Shown here: in pieces, positions 41,363-53,372 of the stretch
How the letters are laid out: every line of letters starts with the position of its first letter
Numbering within the stretch: position 1 is the first letter of the stretch
NCBI GenBank assembly: GCA_013239625.1
Contig: MU054391.1
Coordinates: 8,775,095-8,839,094 of the forward strand
Direction: 5' to 3'
DNA length: 64,000 nt
DNA from: Lama guanicoe
Lineage: Eukaryota
Notes under the pieces: generated by a model
The model's database searches: none
Seen by the model: the letters and a program-made list of their open reading frames with translations, nothing else
Told to the model about the DNA's origin: nothing
Made by a program: the position numbers and the translations under genes

Positions 41363-41706
41363 TTCTTCTTTTTTTTTTTAATTATGGTAACAATAGGCAA
41401 TGTGAGATCTACTCACTTAACGTTTTTTAAGTGTACAGCACAGTAATGTCATCTGAGAACATGATAATGTACAGTAGATCTCTAGAATTTATTCATCTTG
41501 CATAGATGAAACTTTATACCCATTAAATGATGTCAACTCCCATTTATCTCACCCCCAGCCCCTGGCTACCACCATTCCATTTTATTCAGTTGTAAAAAAC
41601 TGAGGAAACCCTGGCATATGCAGCAATATAGATGAACCTTGGAAACATTATGCTAAGTGAAATAAGCCAGTCAACAGAAAAATAAATACCATGATTTCAC
41701 TTCTAC
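41363..41706 (-). mobile_element. Short 5'-inverted L1 (L1MA/MB-like) inserted in a MIR
   Basis: Poly(T) plus antisense 3'UTR to ~41580, then a sense piece (acattatgctaagtgaaataagccagtca). Confidence 0.75.
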
Positions 41707-42009
41707 GTTGTGTCCTGACTGAGTTTCAACTTTCTCTTCTACATAATACAATAGCGATTTCTTTCCACTGCAAGTTATTGCTGTGATAAAATAATAAAAT
41801 AAAGTGAAAAAGAGTAACATTTTTTTCACTTGAACTTGGACCTCAAGGGGCCAAATATACCCACCTACACTAACAAAGGTATGTAGGATGAAGATCTACA
41901 TAATCTCACCGGATGAACTTAAACAATCATTAAAGTCCTATAAGAACACCAAAAGAACAAGAAGACTGTGTTGATCAAATATTGATTTAACCTTGACGGC
42001 TGGGTAAAT

Positions 42010-42485
42010 GAGATTGGTAGGGGTCTGAAGAAGCAGATCCTGAGATGACAGTTCATACGTAAAGTAGTTTTTAAGAAAGCACTCCCTTGGAAACAAGTCA
42101 GGAAGCTAGGGAAGAAGACCAGGGAAGGGGGAACATCAAGCCAGGCTGAGATTTCAGGTACAGGTCCAGCAAGAGCACAGGAAACCCTGGAAAATATTAC
42201 ACCTTCAGAGTGCGTTCACCCTGAAGGCAAGGCAACTGGGCTGTCGAACTGCCAGATCGGCCTGTCGCCGGATAAAGGCTAGGGATGCCTAGTGGGGGAC
42301 ATATAAACTCCCGGCACCTCTGTGAGTAAGGATGAAACAAGAGGCCCCATGACCCAAAGGTAGTTCTCTATAGAAAGTTGCAGGCAACTGTCAGTAGAAG
42401 CAAAGCCTGCAGAAGGTGAGGGAATTGGTGTCCAGAATGGCAAAATGCATGTGGAGGGATATGAGCAGGGCACCAACAGTATCTC
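42010..42485 (-). mobile_element. LTR33-like ERVL LTR
   Basis: agaagcagatcctgagatg...agggaagggggaacatcaagccagg. Confidence 0.65.
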
Positions 42486-42880
42486 CTTAGCTCACGCAAG
42501 CCAACCCTGAGGCTAAGCTGTATCGAGTCTCTTGGCCAAACTCACACAGCGTATTAATGGCAGACTTGATCGTCCAAATGAAGACTCGCAGCTCAGAGTC
42601 CCTTCCACAACACCAGGATGCTGGTGGGTCTGTTACCCTGCAAGTCCTAATGTTATTATGCACACTCTGCATCCTGGCCTGGTTTTTGCTTCATGTCAGA
42701 GAAAATACCCTCCTCTCTCATACAAATTGATATGTACCCACCACAGCAACAGTACGTTTTCTGTGAGGCTAGAAATAACTTAAGAAGCAGTTGCTGCTAA
42801 GAGATCTCCTGCTAGCACTGCAGTGAGTGGAAATGCTGTCCTTATTCTTAAACGATGAAAGGAAGGGAGAATGAGACACG

Positions 42881-43665
42881 TTTCCTTGAATGTAAGAATT
42901 TTAGAGAAATTCTTGCAAGAGTCCTTATTTATCAGGCATTTCCTCAGCATCCATGAATACATACCAAAGTAATTACACTGAAAATAAGAAAAGAATTCCC
43001 AGCATGGTGACCATGAACAAATAGCCTAATACTCTTGCTGCTGGGAGAAGCCAAAATTTGCTGCCTCATATTGAAGAAAAAAAAAATTCAGTGCACCCAT
43101 CTGACTCAGAAATTAAAAGTATGGCATTGTCTTCTATGACACCACCAAGAATTGGTGGCCTGCACTGGTCTAAAATGGCAGAAAGCACATTTTCAAAGAC
43201 TTTCAGAGATTTTTTAAGTGTCCACGAGAACCCACACATGAGCTGCTCTCATCACATCTTTGAAAATGTGCTTTCTGCCATTTTCAAAGACTTTCAGAGA
43301 TTTTTTAAGTGTCCACGAGAACCCACACATGAGCTGCTCTCATCACGTCTTTGAAAATGTGCTTTCTGCCATTTTAGACCAGTGCAAGCCACCAATTCTT
43401 GGTGGTGTCATAGAAGACAATGCCATACTTTTAATTTCTGAGTCAGATGGGTGCACTGAATTTTTTTTTCTTCAATATGAGGCAGCAAATTTTGGCTTCT
43501 CCCAGCAGCAAGAGTATTAGGCTATTTGTTCATGGTCACCATGCTGGGAATTCTTTTCTTATTTTCAGTGTAATTACTTTGGTATGTATTCATGGATGCT
43601 GAGGAAATGCCGGATAATTAAGGACTCTTGCAAGAATTTCTCTAAAATTCTTACATTCAAGGAAA
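42881..43665. repeat. Long near-perfect inverted repeat (arms 42881-43200 and 43347-43665, 146-bp spacer)
   Basis: Base-by-base comparison gives 3 substitutions and 1 homopolymer indel (A10 vs T9) between arms. Confidence 0.98.
43188..43375 (+). repeat. 91-bp tandem duplication (2 copies plus CATTTT)
   Basis: Units start at 43188 and 43279 and differ by one base (cacAtctt vs cacGtctt); CATTTT recurs at 43370. Confidence 0.97.
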
Positions 43666-44490
43666 TTTCTCAAGATGACATAGATCATCTGTGGAAAATC
43701 TTCAGCCAAACTCATACTTAATGAAGAATGACTGAACACTTTCCCTTTAAGGGCAGAAACAAGACAAAAATGTCTTCTCTCACCATTTCCATTTAACATT
43801 GGGCTGAAAGTTCTAAATCAGTGAAATAAGGCAAAAAGATAATAATAAAGTTAATAACATCCAGATTGAAAAGAAATAAATAAAATTGTCTTAACTCCCT
43901 TTTTTTTTTTAACGTGAAACGTACAGCTATCATGGAATACGCACATTTCATTGCTAGGCATTTACCCAAAACAAAGGAAAATGTATGACCATACAAAAAC
44001 ATACACAGATGTTCACAGTAGTTTTCACTTGTAATAAACTGACATTGAAAAAGACTTAAACTTCCACCAACAGATGAAAGATTAAACAAATCAGAAGTAT
44101 ATCCATGCAATGGAATACTACACAGTAATGAAAATGAATGAACTATTTATACACACAAAACACAAATGAATCTCAAAATAATTATGCTGAGTGAAATAAG
44201 CTAGACAAAAAAATACATAAATACATACAGTATGATTCCATTTCTATAAAACTTCAGAAAATCAAACTAATTTTATAGTGCCAAAAGCAGATCAATCATA
44301 CCTGGGTGGAAGAGCCAGGGAGTGAGTGGTGAGAGGGAGGAGCTCAAAGAGGGTTTACATATACATTCACTATGTTGATTGCAGTGATGGTTTCACAGGT
44401 TTAAACATTTATCAAAACTGATCAAATTGTATACACTAGTATGTGAAATTTATTGTGTGTCAATTGTGCTGCAATAATGCTATTTATATT
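43659..44490 (+). mobile_element. L1 ORF2 RT-region fragment joined to an L1MC/MD-like 3' end
   Basis: catacttaatgaagaatgactgaacactttccctttaag...acaagacaaaaatgtc...ctcacca; then atccatgcaatggaatactac...aataattatgctgagtgaaa. Confidence 0.8.
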
Positions 44491-45569
44491 TGTTTTTGAA
44501 ATTAAAAAAAAAAGTCTAAAGAAAGGGAAAGATGAATTTCAGGGGTAAACAGGAATACCAAAGAGCATACTTTGACAATTTTTAATTACCCATCCATCCA
44601 AATAAAAGTTCTTTTTAGATAGATGAATATATTTTTAATATTTTAAGGAACATGATATGTTAGCCTGCAAAGTGATATATCATCTTGCTTTAATATTGCA
44701 AACATATTCCGGTGACTGAGTTCTAACTTCCATGAGTTGATCTGGAAGACAGCACTCCAAAGAGTTCACAGTTATCAACAGGAATAAATAGTTAATGTTG
44801 CAATACCTTGAAAACAAACTCAAGTTTTGGAAAGGCTATGAAGAGGTTAAAATTCAATGATTGGGCTATCTATCTTTATTAGGATTTCTTTGGCAATTCT
44901 CTACCTTGGAAAGCTTTTATCGTTTGGCATGAAAATGTGATTTCATGATAATTTTAGACATGATCTGAAATGCCAAGATTGCTCTCCAAGTGAAATTGTT
45001 TTCTGGACTAAGTTCTCAAACAAGAGTAGCAATGCCCAAAGCACCCTTCTATTTCATACAAGGATTCAGGAATCCACTGTGATGTCTGAATTAGTTCTAG
45101 CTTCTGCATATGCATTAAATGCATTCTTCCTCTTGACTCTTGACCACTAATCACAGTCACAGGAAGCGATCTTAGGAATCAACTCCCCCAAGTCTTTCAT
45201 TTGAGAGAAAAGACATTCAGCGAGAGAAAGAGATTGTTTCCAGGTCCCAGGGTGAGTTGGAGGACAGACTAAAATGTGGATTTAGATCTCCTGATTCTCA
45301 GTTGAAAGCTGTTCTCACACCACTGTATCTCTTACTATCCCCACCCCCTACCACACACACACACACACACACTCTGACATTTTCAAGGTAGAAATCTTGA
45401 TCTGAAAATAATAACATTATTTCCTACCAGCAATTTGATTTGAGAGAGAACTCTCACTCCTTCAGTCTTTTGTTTTTTTATACAAATAATTCCATCAAGG
45501 TAACCTCTGCTGAAGTCTGGAGCAGAAGCAGCCTATCTTGAGAATCATTAATATTTTGTCATTCCCAAT

Positions 45570-46195
45570 AAACAGATAAACAGAAAGAAGATGTGGTGTG
45601 TTATATATATATATATACACACACACACACTATATATATACACTATATATAAAATATATAATATATATTATATTATATATATTTTTAATATATATCTTAT
45701 ATTATATATTATATTTTATATTATATATATATAAAATAGAATATTTTCAGTCTTAAAAAAGAATAAAATTCTACCACTTGCAACAATGTGGATAGACCTA
45801 AAGAGCATTATGCTTAGTGAAATAAGTTAGACAGAGAAAGTCAAGCACTTTATGTTATTGCTGATATGTGAAATCTAAAAAAATAAAACAAACAAATATA
45901 TATAACAAAGCAGAAACAGGATCACAAGTATAGAGAACAAACCAGTTGTTACCAGTGGGGACAGGGAAGGTGGGAGGGGCAAGACGAAGAATGGGATTAT
46001 GAGATGAGGAAAGGGGTATGGGAGGGGCACCATGTAAGTATAAAGTAGATAAGCAACAGGATATATTTTACAGCACAGGGAAATATAGCCATTATTTTGT
46101 AATAACTTTAAATGGAGTATAATCAATAAAAATATTAAATCATTATGCAGCATACATGAAACTAATATAATATTGTAAGTAAACTATATTTAAAA
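45570..46195 (+). mobile_element. L1 3' end with AT-rich expansion
   Basis: aagaagatgtgg, gcattatgcttagtgaaataag, cagcacagggaaatatagcc, aactaatataatattgtaag. Confidence 0.85.
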
Positions 46196-46469
46196 GATGT
46201 ATTTCCTCTAGAACAGTTTACTAGGGTTCTAGATTGAATTGAAAGAGGAAGTTATAAAGCCAGTGAGCAGCATGGCATCCTCATGAACAGAAAGCCTTGC
46301 TACACATTTTTTTAAGAAGTGTTTATGATATTTTAAGAGGCACATCTGAAAAACAAAATGGTAAAGGATTAAGGTAAAATGTTATAGATAGGTGTATATT
46401 CTATATCAACAAGCCCGATATGACTTGAGCCCAACAACCCTCAAAGGGAAAATCATTAACAGAATAAAA

Positions 46470-47065
46470 AGATATAAAAAAAGAGCCAAATGAAACTTTA
46501 AGAAATAAAAAATTCAATATCTGAAATTATAAAATTGAAGAGGATAGGATTCCCAGAAGATTAAATATTTCAGGAAAAAAGTAAACTTGAAGACTTGGTC
46601 ATAATAATTATTGAAAATGCAGCACTAAGAGAGAAAAATAAAACAATAAAATATAGCTTCAATAAGCCACAGAAAAATTTCAAGTAGTCTGAAATGTCTA
46701 ATTGAGTTCCAGAATGAAACCAAAAAAATATATTAAGAAACAATGGTTGAAATTTATCAATACTTCATAAAAGCCATAAAACCATAGATCCAAGAAGTTT
46801 AATGAACTCCACAGAAGAAACTAAATCACAACAAAGCACATCATAATCAAATTGTTGAAAGTTGGCAATAAAGAAAAATCTTAAAAACAGCTTTGTTTCT
46901 GTACAGAGAAAGAAAGATAAGAATGATCACAAAAAATGTTCAGAAGAGGAAAGTGAAATAATATCTCTAAAGAACTGAAAGAAAAGATGGTCAAACTACA
47001 ATTCTACACCTAGCCAAAACAGATTTTAAAAATGGATGTGGATCAAAGACTTTTTCAGACAAAAA
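46470..47065 (+). mobile_element. Old L1 ORF1-region fragment
   Basis: cacatcataatcaaattgttgaaa...aaagaaaaatcttaaaa; tcaaagactttttcagacaaa. Confidence 0.7.
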
Positions 47066-47259
47066 TCACCCATTTTGGGTGTTCTGGGTGACAGGACACC
47101 CAGGTGAAAAGTGAAACCGAGACATCTGGATGAACACCATCTTGGCATTCAAGTATTCTGTGATGCGGATTGTTGCAATAAAGTGCTATCATCTGAACCA
47201 GGCTTTATGTATTGAAAAATGACCATCTTATTAATTGGTTAATTTAAAAATCCTTTAAA

Positions 47260-48040
47260 TAAAACCTTTACTAAGTGCTTTTGACGTACCAGTTACTGTG
47301 TAGCACACTAAGGAATAAAGTAAACAAAGTATACTCCGTGCCTCACAGAGCTCACAGTTTATCATGCAAAGCAGAAATGTAGGTGGAGAATTATAAGATG
47401 GTGTGATGGATACAAAGATGTAGGCTAGCCCAGCGTGTTGTGGAAGCCAAAGAGAAAACACCCAACTCAGCTCAAACAAACAAACAAACACCGCCCAACT
47501 GAGATGACACTTTTCTAAGATCCACAGCTTTTAGGTAAGAGAAATGAGGATTAAATATTTTCAAGTAGGTGGGATGCAGCATATGTAAAGCACAGAGACA
47601 GAAGGATATGGGAATGTTCGGACGCAACTTCAGCATGGCTAGAAGTCGAGATGCTTAAAGAGCCGTGATGAGATAGAAGTCCAGGAGCTCATTACAACAT
47701 TTATTATCAACACTGTAGAAAGTTCTGCCAGGGGGTTGAGCTCTACTGTGAAGGTAACAACCATCCAGTGGCTTTAAGAAGGGGAGAGAATCATTAGGCT
47801 TGTAACTTCAAAATATTTGATAGCAACATGGAAACTAAATGGAGGAGAGAGATACTGCAAAGAAGGAGGAACCGGTGTGTTTCACACATCAAGGAGAGAA
47901 ATGGAAAGCCTTGAATGAAGACAGTGACAGTGAGGATGAAATAAAGCGGGCGAAGTCAGCAACACCTGCCAGTGGCTGTAGCCACCTGTAGCCACTGGAC
48001 CCACGCTGCTGAGGACGTGGAATGTCAAGGAGGACATTCA
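47260..48040 (-). mobile_element. L2 fragment
   Basis: tttactaagtgctt...cctcacagagctcacagt and a purine-rich antisense L2 body. Confidence 0.55.
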
Positions 48041-49149
48041 TTTTATTCCCCTCTAGATGAGACAAGCACTTCTTTTGTGGGTCCCAGATCTTTCACCACA
48101 GAAGCTCCTAAGTTTTAAAATATATCATTCCATGCCTTATTCGGGTCACGCCTTAATAGGTAATAAAGGAGGATCTGCACAATTTAAGGGATTAAATCAC
48201 CTGACTTTTCCTTCTGCCTGCTGACTTGTGTTATGAACAATGTAGATGCAATATTTCAAAACCCTGATTGCTATCTTCACTCCAGTTGTAAAAATGCCAG
48301 ATTGAGAAAGGGTTGGGGTGGGGGGTGGTGACTAGCAGAAATCCCTCAATTAGACAAATGGAAACAATTAAAGGAACCAAAACCTTTGTATTATTAATTC
48401 CATCAAGGCACAGTAGAGCCACGTGTAACTTTTTAAACTGAAAAATCACGTATTAAATACCAGAGTCATACGCTCATCACATCATATTGGGTAGTAACTC
48501 CAGAAATAGTCATTAGTTAAGAAACCTATTAAATATTGAGAGCCGATATTAAAGTAAGGTTGTCATTTCTTTATTCGTTTTAAAGGAAATTGGGGATCTG
48601 AAGTAAATTTACACTCCTGTGTATATATTCCTATATTCATTATTTCAGCTGAGCAAAACCCAGATTGAGGTTGAGGGCTGAAGCTTTCTGGCCAAGAGCA
48701 GGGATCTCAGGAGTGCCAAACTGAGATTGAAGAGAAGTGATGAATTTCAAGAGCCATTTTATAGTCCGTGCATTCTGGATGTGTAATTGCACTTTGAGTA
48801 AGCAAACTTCCTTCCTCCGTATTTTCCTGTCACCCAAGGTGCCCTCGATCCAAATGCATTAGGACTGAAATATGCAGTCAGGAGATTAAATATCTCGGCT
48901 GGAGCCTTCTGTGATTGAGGTAGGGCAGTTGGATAAGTTCATGAGAGCTGCAGTTAATTAATAACTGAACGTGTTTATTTAGAAGGATGCACATTCCGGA
49001 ATACTAGCACACTAGCATCAGATCTAAAAGCAGCATGTTATTAGGGAAATGGTCTCTTTTAAAAAGATGATTTAACCTATATCTGCTTTGAGCAAAGAAG
49101 TAGGAAAAGAAGAGATGAAGTTAGTTTTGATGGAAAGATTCTGTTTTGA

Positions 49150-49410
49150 CTTCAAGACAAGGGTGGTGGTGAGGACTGTGACTCTGAGGCCATCTACCTG
49201 GATTCAAATCCTGGCTCTGCTGCTGCTGACTCTGCTCCTTGGGTAAGTTTCCTAACTTCTCTGGGCATCCACTTCCTCATTTATAAATGAGGTCTTCGTA
49301 GAATCTGCCCCATAGGGTTGTTGTGAGTTAAAAGAGTAACACACAAAGCACTTAAAATGGTGCGTGGCAAATAGTGAAGTGGTAGATAAGCACTGGCCGT
49401 TCTCACTATT
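49150..49410 (+). mobile_element. MIR SINE
   Basis: cctggattcaaatcctggctctgc...ttcctcatttataaatg...catagggttgttgtgag. Confidence 0.85.
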
Positions 49411-50209
49411 TTTTCACAATTATAAAGTTACTGCACCCAAGAATGTAAGAGCTTGAAAGGCCTCAAAGGTCATCCCGAAGGATCAGGACACCTTAATCCA
49501 TATACTTTCTTTGCGGTCGTGGTTCTACTGCTGTTATGGGAGGAACTTTAATTGGAAAACTAACCATCTTCCATCACACTCTGTCTCCAAACTTGGATAA
49601 GATGCAACTTAGAGGCACCATCAGTATGATTACGTGATGTGTCTTCTGCTTGTAACTGTACCAATAACAGTTAACAGTGTTATCAATCATTATTATTAGT
49701 TTTCAAATTCTTACAAAACATTGCTTTTTCAAGGTGCATGGATACAGTGATTGCATTTGGTACTCAAAGCCTTTCTGCAAATTCCTAACATGGACTCTTG
49801 GTTTCACATAAGAGGGCATGAAGCTCTGAAAGAGTCAATATAAAGACTTACTGGCAGAGCCATATCTGTTGGGTTCCTGCCCAGTGCTTTTTCACTACAG
49901 CATGCTTATTTCACAGTCACCCAAGAAAAAGAACTAATCGTTTGAATATTCCTTGGGCATCTGGGAGTTGGAAAGTCTGTGAGACACTCAGCGTATGCTC
50001 CAACTAAAGATAGAATACAGACTTAGGTCTGCAGCAGGAAAGAGCCATTGCAGATTCTCCCTTTGATCCTGCGTGCACATCTTCCTCAAGGACGATTCGT
50101 TGTTTATATGAGGGCCTCCTGCCAGGGTCAGAGGTGAACCAAAGAGAACATTTATCCGATGAGTCTGACACTCTGGTGGGAAATGCCGGACTTGTAAACA
50201 AAAGAAAGA

Positions 50210-50385
50210 GGACAACAGCAGGCATTGTTCTAAGCACTTAAATATGTGAGCGCCTTCACTTCTTCCCACAGCATCCCTAGCTGGCCGCATTGTTACGTTC
50301 TCATTTTATAGATGAGGAAACTGAAGCCAAAATAAATTAAGAAGTTGCCCAAGATGATGGAACTGGCAGAGTCTTGTAGACTCCT
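50210..50385 (-). mobile_element. MIR SINE
   Basis: cattttatagatgaggaaactgaagc...ttgcccaag. Confidence 0.8.
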
Positions 50386-52699
50386 CTGACTATTTTTATT
50401 TCTAGAAATAGAAATCTAAATAGAAGCACAGCTACAATATGCTGTTTGTTGGGCTTCTGTGCTTCAGATTATCACACATCCTTCAAGTTTTCTCTGCTTT
50501 TTTTTTTTTTTTGTCTTTTTTGGCATCATGGCTAGCCTACTGAGGGAGTATAGAGAAAAAGGAAACTCCTGGAGTATTCCTGCATTTGATAAAGATTTAA
50601 ATCTTAAAAAATTAAATATATTATAATTAAAATCTCTACTTATAAAACATTAGAAAATAAATATGTATTTTGTTAATAAAATAATTAGAAAAGAGGGCCT
50701 TTTAAGACTGAACTCCTCAGATGCTCTGAAGGGCTTTGTTAATGGTCATTAACAGTATCAACTCTCTACAGCTTGCTTCCCACTCACTGACTGAGCCACC
50801 GAAACTCTGGGATGCCCATCCCCATCCCCAGAGCTTCATCTTAATTAGATGTGCAAGGTCTGTGTGCTGAGCTGGTGAGATTCCGGCGTGTGGGACTGGA
50901 TTCCTCATTTAGGCTGAAATGGTGCTTTAAAGGGTGTAAGTTCTGTGCTGCTGCAATCGTAAGTGAGGAAACAGAGACCTTGCCCTACGAACATGGAAAG
51001 GCAGAGAGAAGGAGAAGAGGAGCGTTAGAAGTGGGGGCCCTGAGTGTGTCTCAGGTATAAGCCCCTTATGCTGGAGGTTTTAAACAAGTGCCTCAAAAAA
51101 AATGTGAATTTGAAGGTGAGAAAGAGCCTTGAAGTTGACAAGAACTACAAAAAATAATGTGGATCAGAGGATCCAGCTGTGAGCAGGAGCAAACACAGGG
51201 AGGGCTGGTGTTCACCAACAGGGGAGCAAGCACGTAACAGAGACAGGGAATCAAAGTGGGTAGTTCGAGAACTGGTGAGAACCAGGTAAGCCAGCAGTCC
51301 TTGAAGAAGGCGTCATCAAGAAAGCCTAGAGAAAGGCAGAAATGCTGGTGGAAAGACAGGTAGAGAGAGAGCCCCTTTCTGAATACCAACTAGATTATCA
51401 GGTACAATGAGAAGTAAACACACCACAGCCACTGAATTCTTCAAGTGAGTGGGCTGATTGGGGAGTGAGAACGATCAAAAAAGTCACACGGTAAATATAA
51501 AACTGCAATTCTGGTAAGTTTTCAAGAGGAGAGTTTCCAGATACTGTGAGAATAACTTGATGGAAGATGTGACCTAGCCAGGAGAGCCAGGAAGTGTTCC
51601 CTGAGAGAGTGCCACTTGTGCTGAAGTCAGAAGGAAGATCAGAAATTACATAAAAGAGGAATTAGGAAAAGAAGACAACGATATACCTGATTAAATTCCA
51701 TAGGCAGTATCTCCTCTGGGATAAGAGGGAATAAAGTGTAAACGAAGACCTAGGGATATCCTGACACGGAGAGGGGAGAAGTGGGGCGTCATGCATCCTC
51801 CCCGCTGTCAAGTTCCTGATTCAAAAAGGCTGTCCTCTAGCCTCTCACTCAGGGAAGAGCCCAGGTTCTGAAGGCTGACAAATTTTGGTAAATCCGTTGA
51901 TTGATGTCTTTACTTCTCCCTTATCCTCAAAGGCAACAAAACAGTGCTTTACGAGTCTACAAAAGGTAAATGCTTCTTGGTTAGTTGACTACAGCGGATT
52001 CTCACGGGCCAAACTGGGATGGCTGAAGATTGGGCTCTTATTGCTCCCAGAAGATCTAAGCTTTGCTTAAATTGTTTCCAGCTACTTTGAATGAGTGAAT
52101 CAGTCACTTTATATAGCGTATCTGTCTTCTGTTTCTTTGCCTTTAAAAAAAAATTAACAATTCACAGGTTATGTCAAATGAGACAGAGAGAGAGTATGGA
52201 TGACAGAGCTCACTCCAGCACCTGTGCAAAGTATTATTAAAGGAAAAGGGCTATTTTTTTTAAAACAAAGCATAACGTAATAGGGGTGGGGGCGAACTGT
52301 CAAGATGATAATTTTCCCTTTTGGTTTTAGTGGCTCCCTGTGGGTAAATATCCAAGGAGCCTTGCCAGCACCCCAGTAGTTGGTTCCCCAGCCTTGCCCT
52401 ACTGCACCCTGGAGAAGTGTCTCCTGCTTGTTCAGCGACTGTTGACCCGCGATGGCCCAGAGCAACAGACATCCTTGTGCTGTGCAGGGAGCTGCAGCTG
52501 CCCCTTCTCCTGCGGGGTTTGAATCCTGTTCTTGGAAAGGAAGTCTTCACCCTCTCCCAAGGTTATCATTACCATGTTTTGTTTTTCCTTTAACTTTTGC
52601 CTCTTGATAGTTATCCTCCTTAGAATTAGCAAGAATAATTCTTTATATTAAATTTGTCTGCACCAAATACAATTAGCACACTAGTCTTCACTAAAGCTA

Positions 52700-53372
52700 G
52701 TGACAGTCCAGACTGACAAAGACAAATACCTTCTGATATCCCGTATACGTGGAACCTAGAATAAATGATACAAATGAGCTTATTTACACAGCAAAAATAG
52801 ACGTACAGACATAGAAAACAAACTATGGTTACCAAAGGGGGAGTGGCGGAGGTATAAATTAGGAGTTTGGGATGAACGTATACACACTACTATATAGAGG
52901 GGAGGGTATAGCTCAGTGGCAGAGTGCATGCCTAGCATGCACGAGGTCTTGGGTTCAATCCCCAGTACCGCCATTAAATAAATAGATAAACTTGATTACC
53001 TCTCCCACCAAACAAAAAAAAAAGAGAGAGAGTGAGAGTTAAACAAGAAATACCTACTATTATAGCTCAGGGCACTATACTTAATATCTTGTAATAACCC
53101 ATAATGGAAAAGAATCCAAAAAATAATATATATATTATATATTATAATTATATTACATTATATTATGATTATATTATAACAATATACATACACATAGTAT
53201 ATGTATATATAGTATATATCTATATAACTGAATCACTTTGTATATATATAATATATATACAATATACATACTATATATATATACACTATATATACACAAC
53301 TCAACCACTATGCTGTACACCTGAAACTAACACAACATTGTAAATCAACTATTCTTCAATAAAAAAATTAAT
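52700..53372 (+). mobile_element. L1 3' end (cetartiodactyl-type) interrupted by a SINE
   Basis: cagacatagaaaacaaactatggttaccaaagggg...gctgtacacctgaaactaacacaacattgtaaatcaact + poly(A); same 3' end type as the 25-26 kb element. Confidence 0.9.
52899..53023 (+). mobile_element. Camelid tRNA(Ala)-derived SINE (Vic-1 type)
   Basis: ggggagggtatagctcagtggcagagtgcatgcctagcatgcacgaggtcttgggttcaatcccc...attacctctccc + poly(A). Confidence 0.9.

Noticed and set aside
43058..43520. ORFs with repeated peptide (FSKTFRDFLSVHENPHMSCSHH)
   Set aside because: By-product of the 91-bp tandem duplication inside the palindrome; no coding evidence.
42881..43665. Palindrome as a MITE/DNA transposon or CRISPR-like array
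   Set aside because: No target-site duplication, no recognisable TIR motif, no second copy in the window, and no repeat-spacer periodicity.
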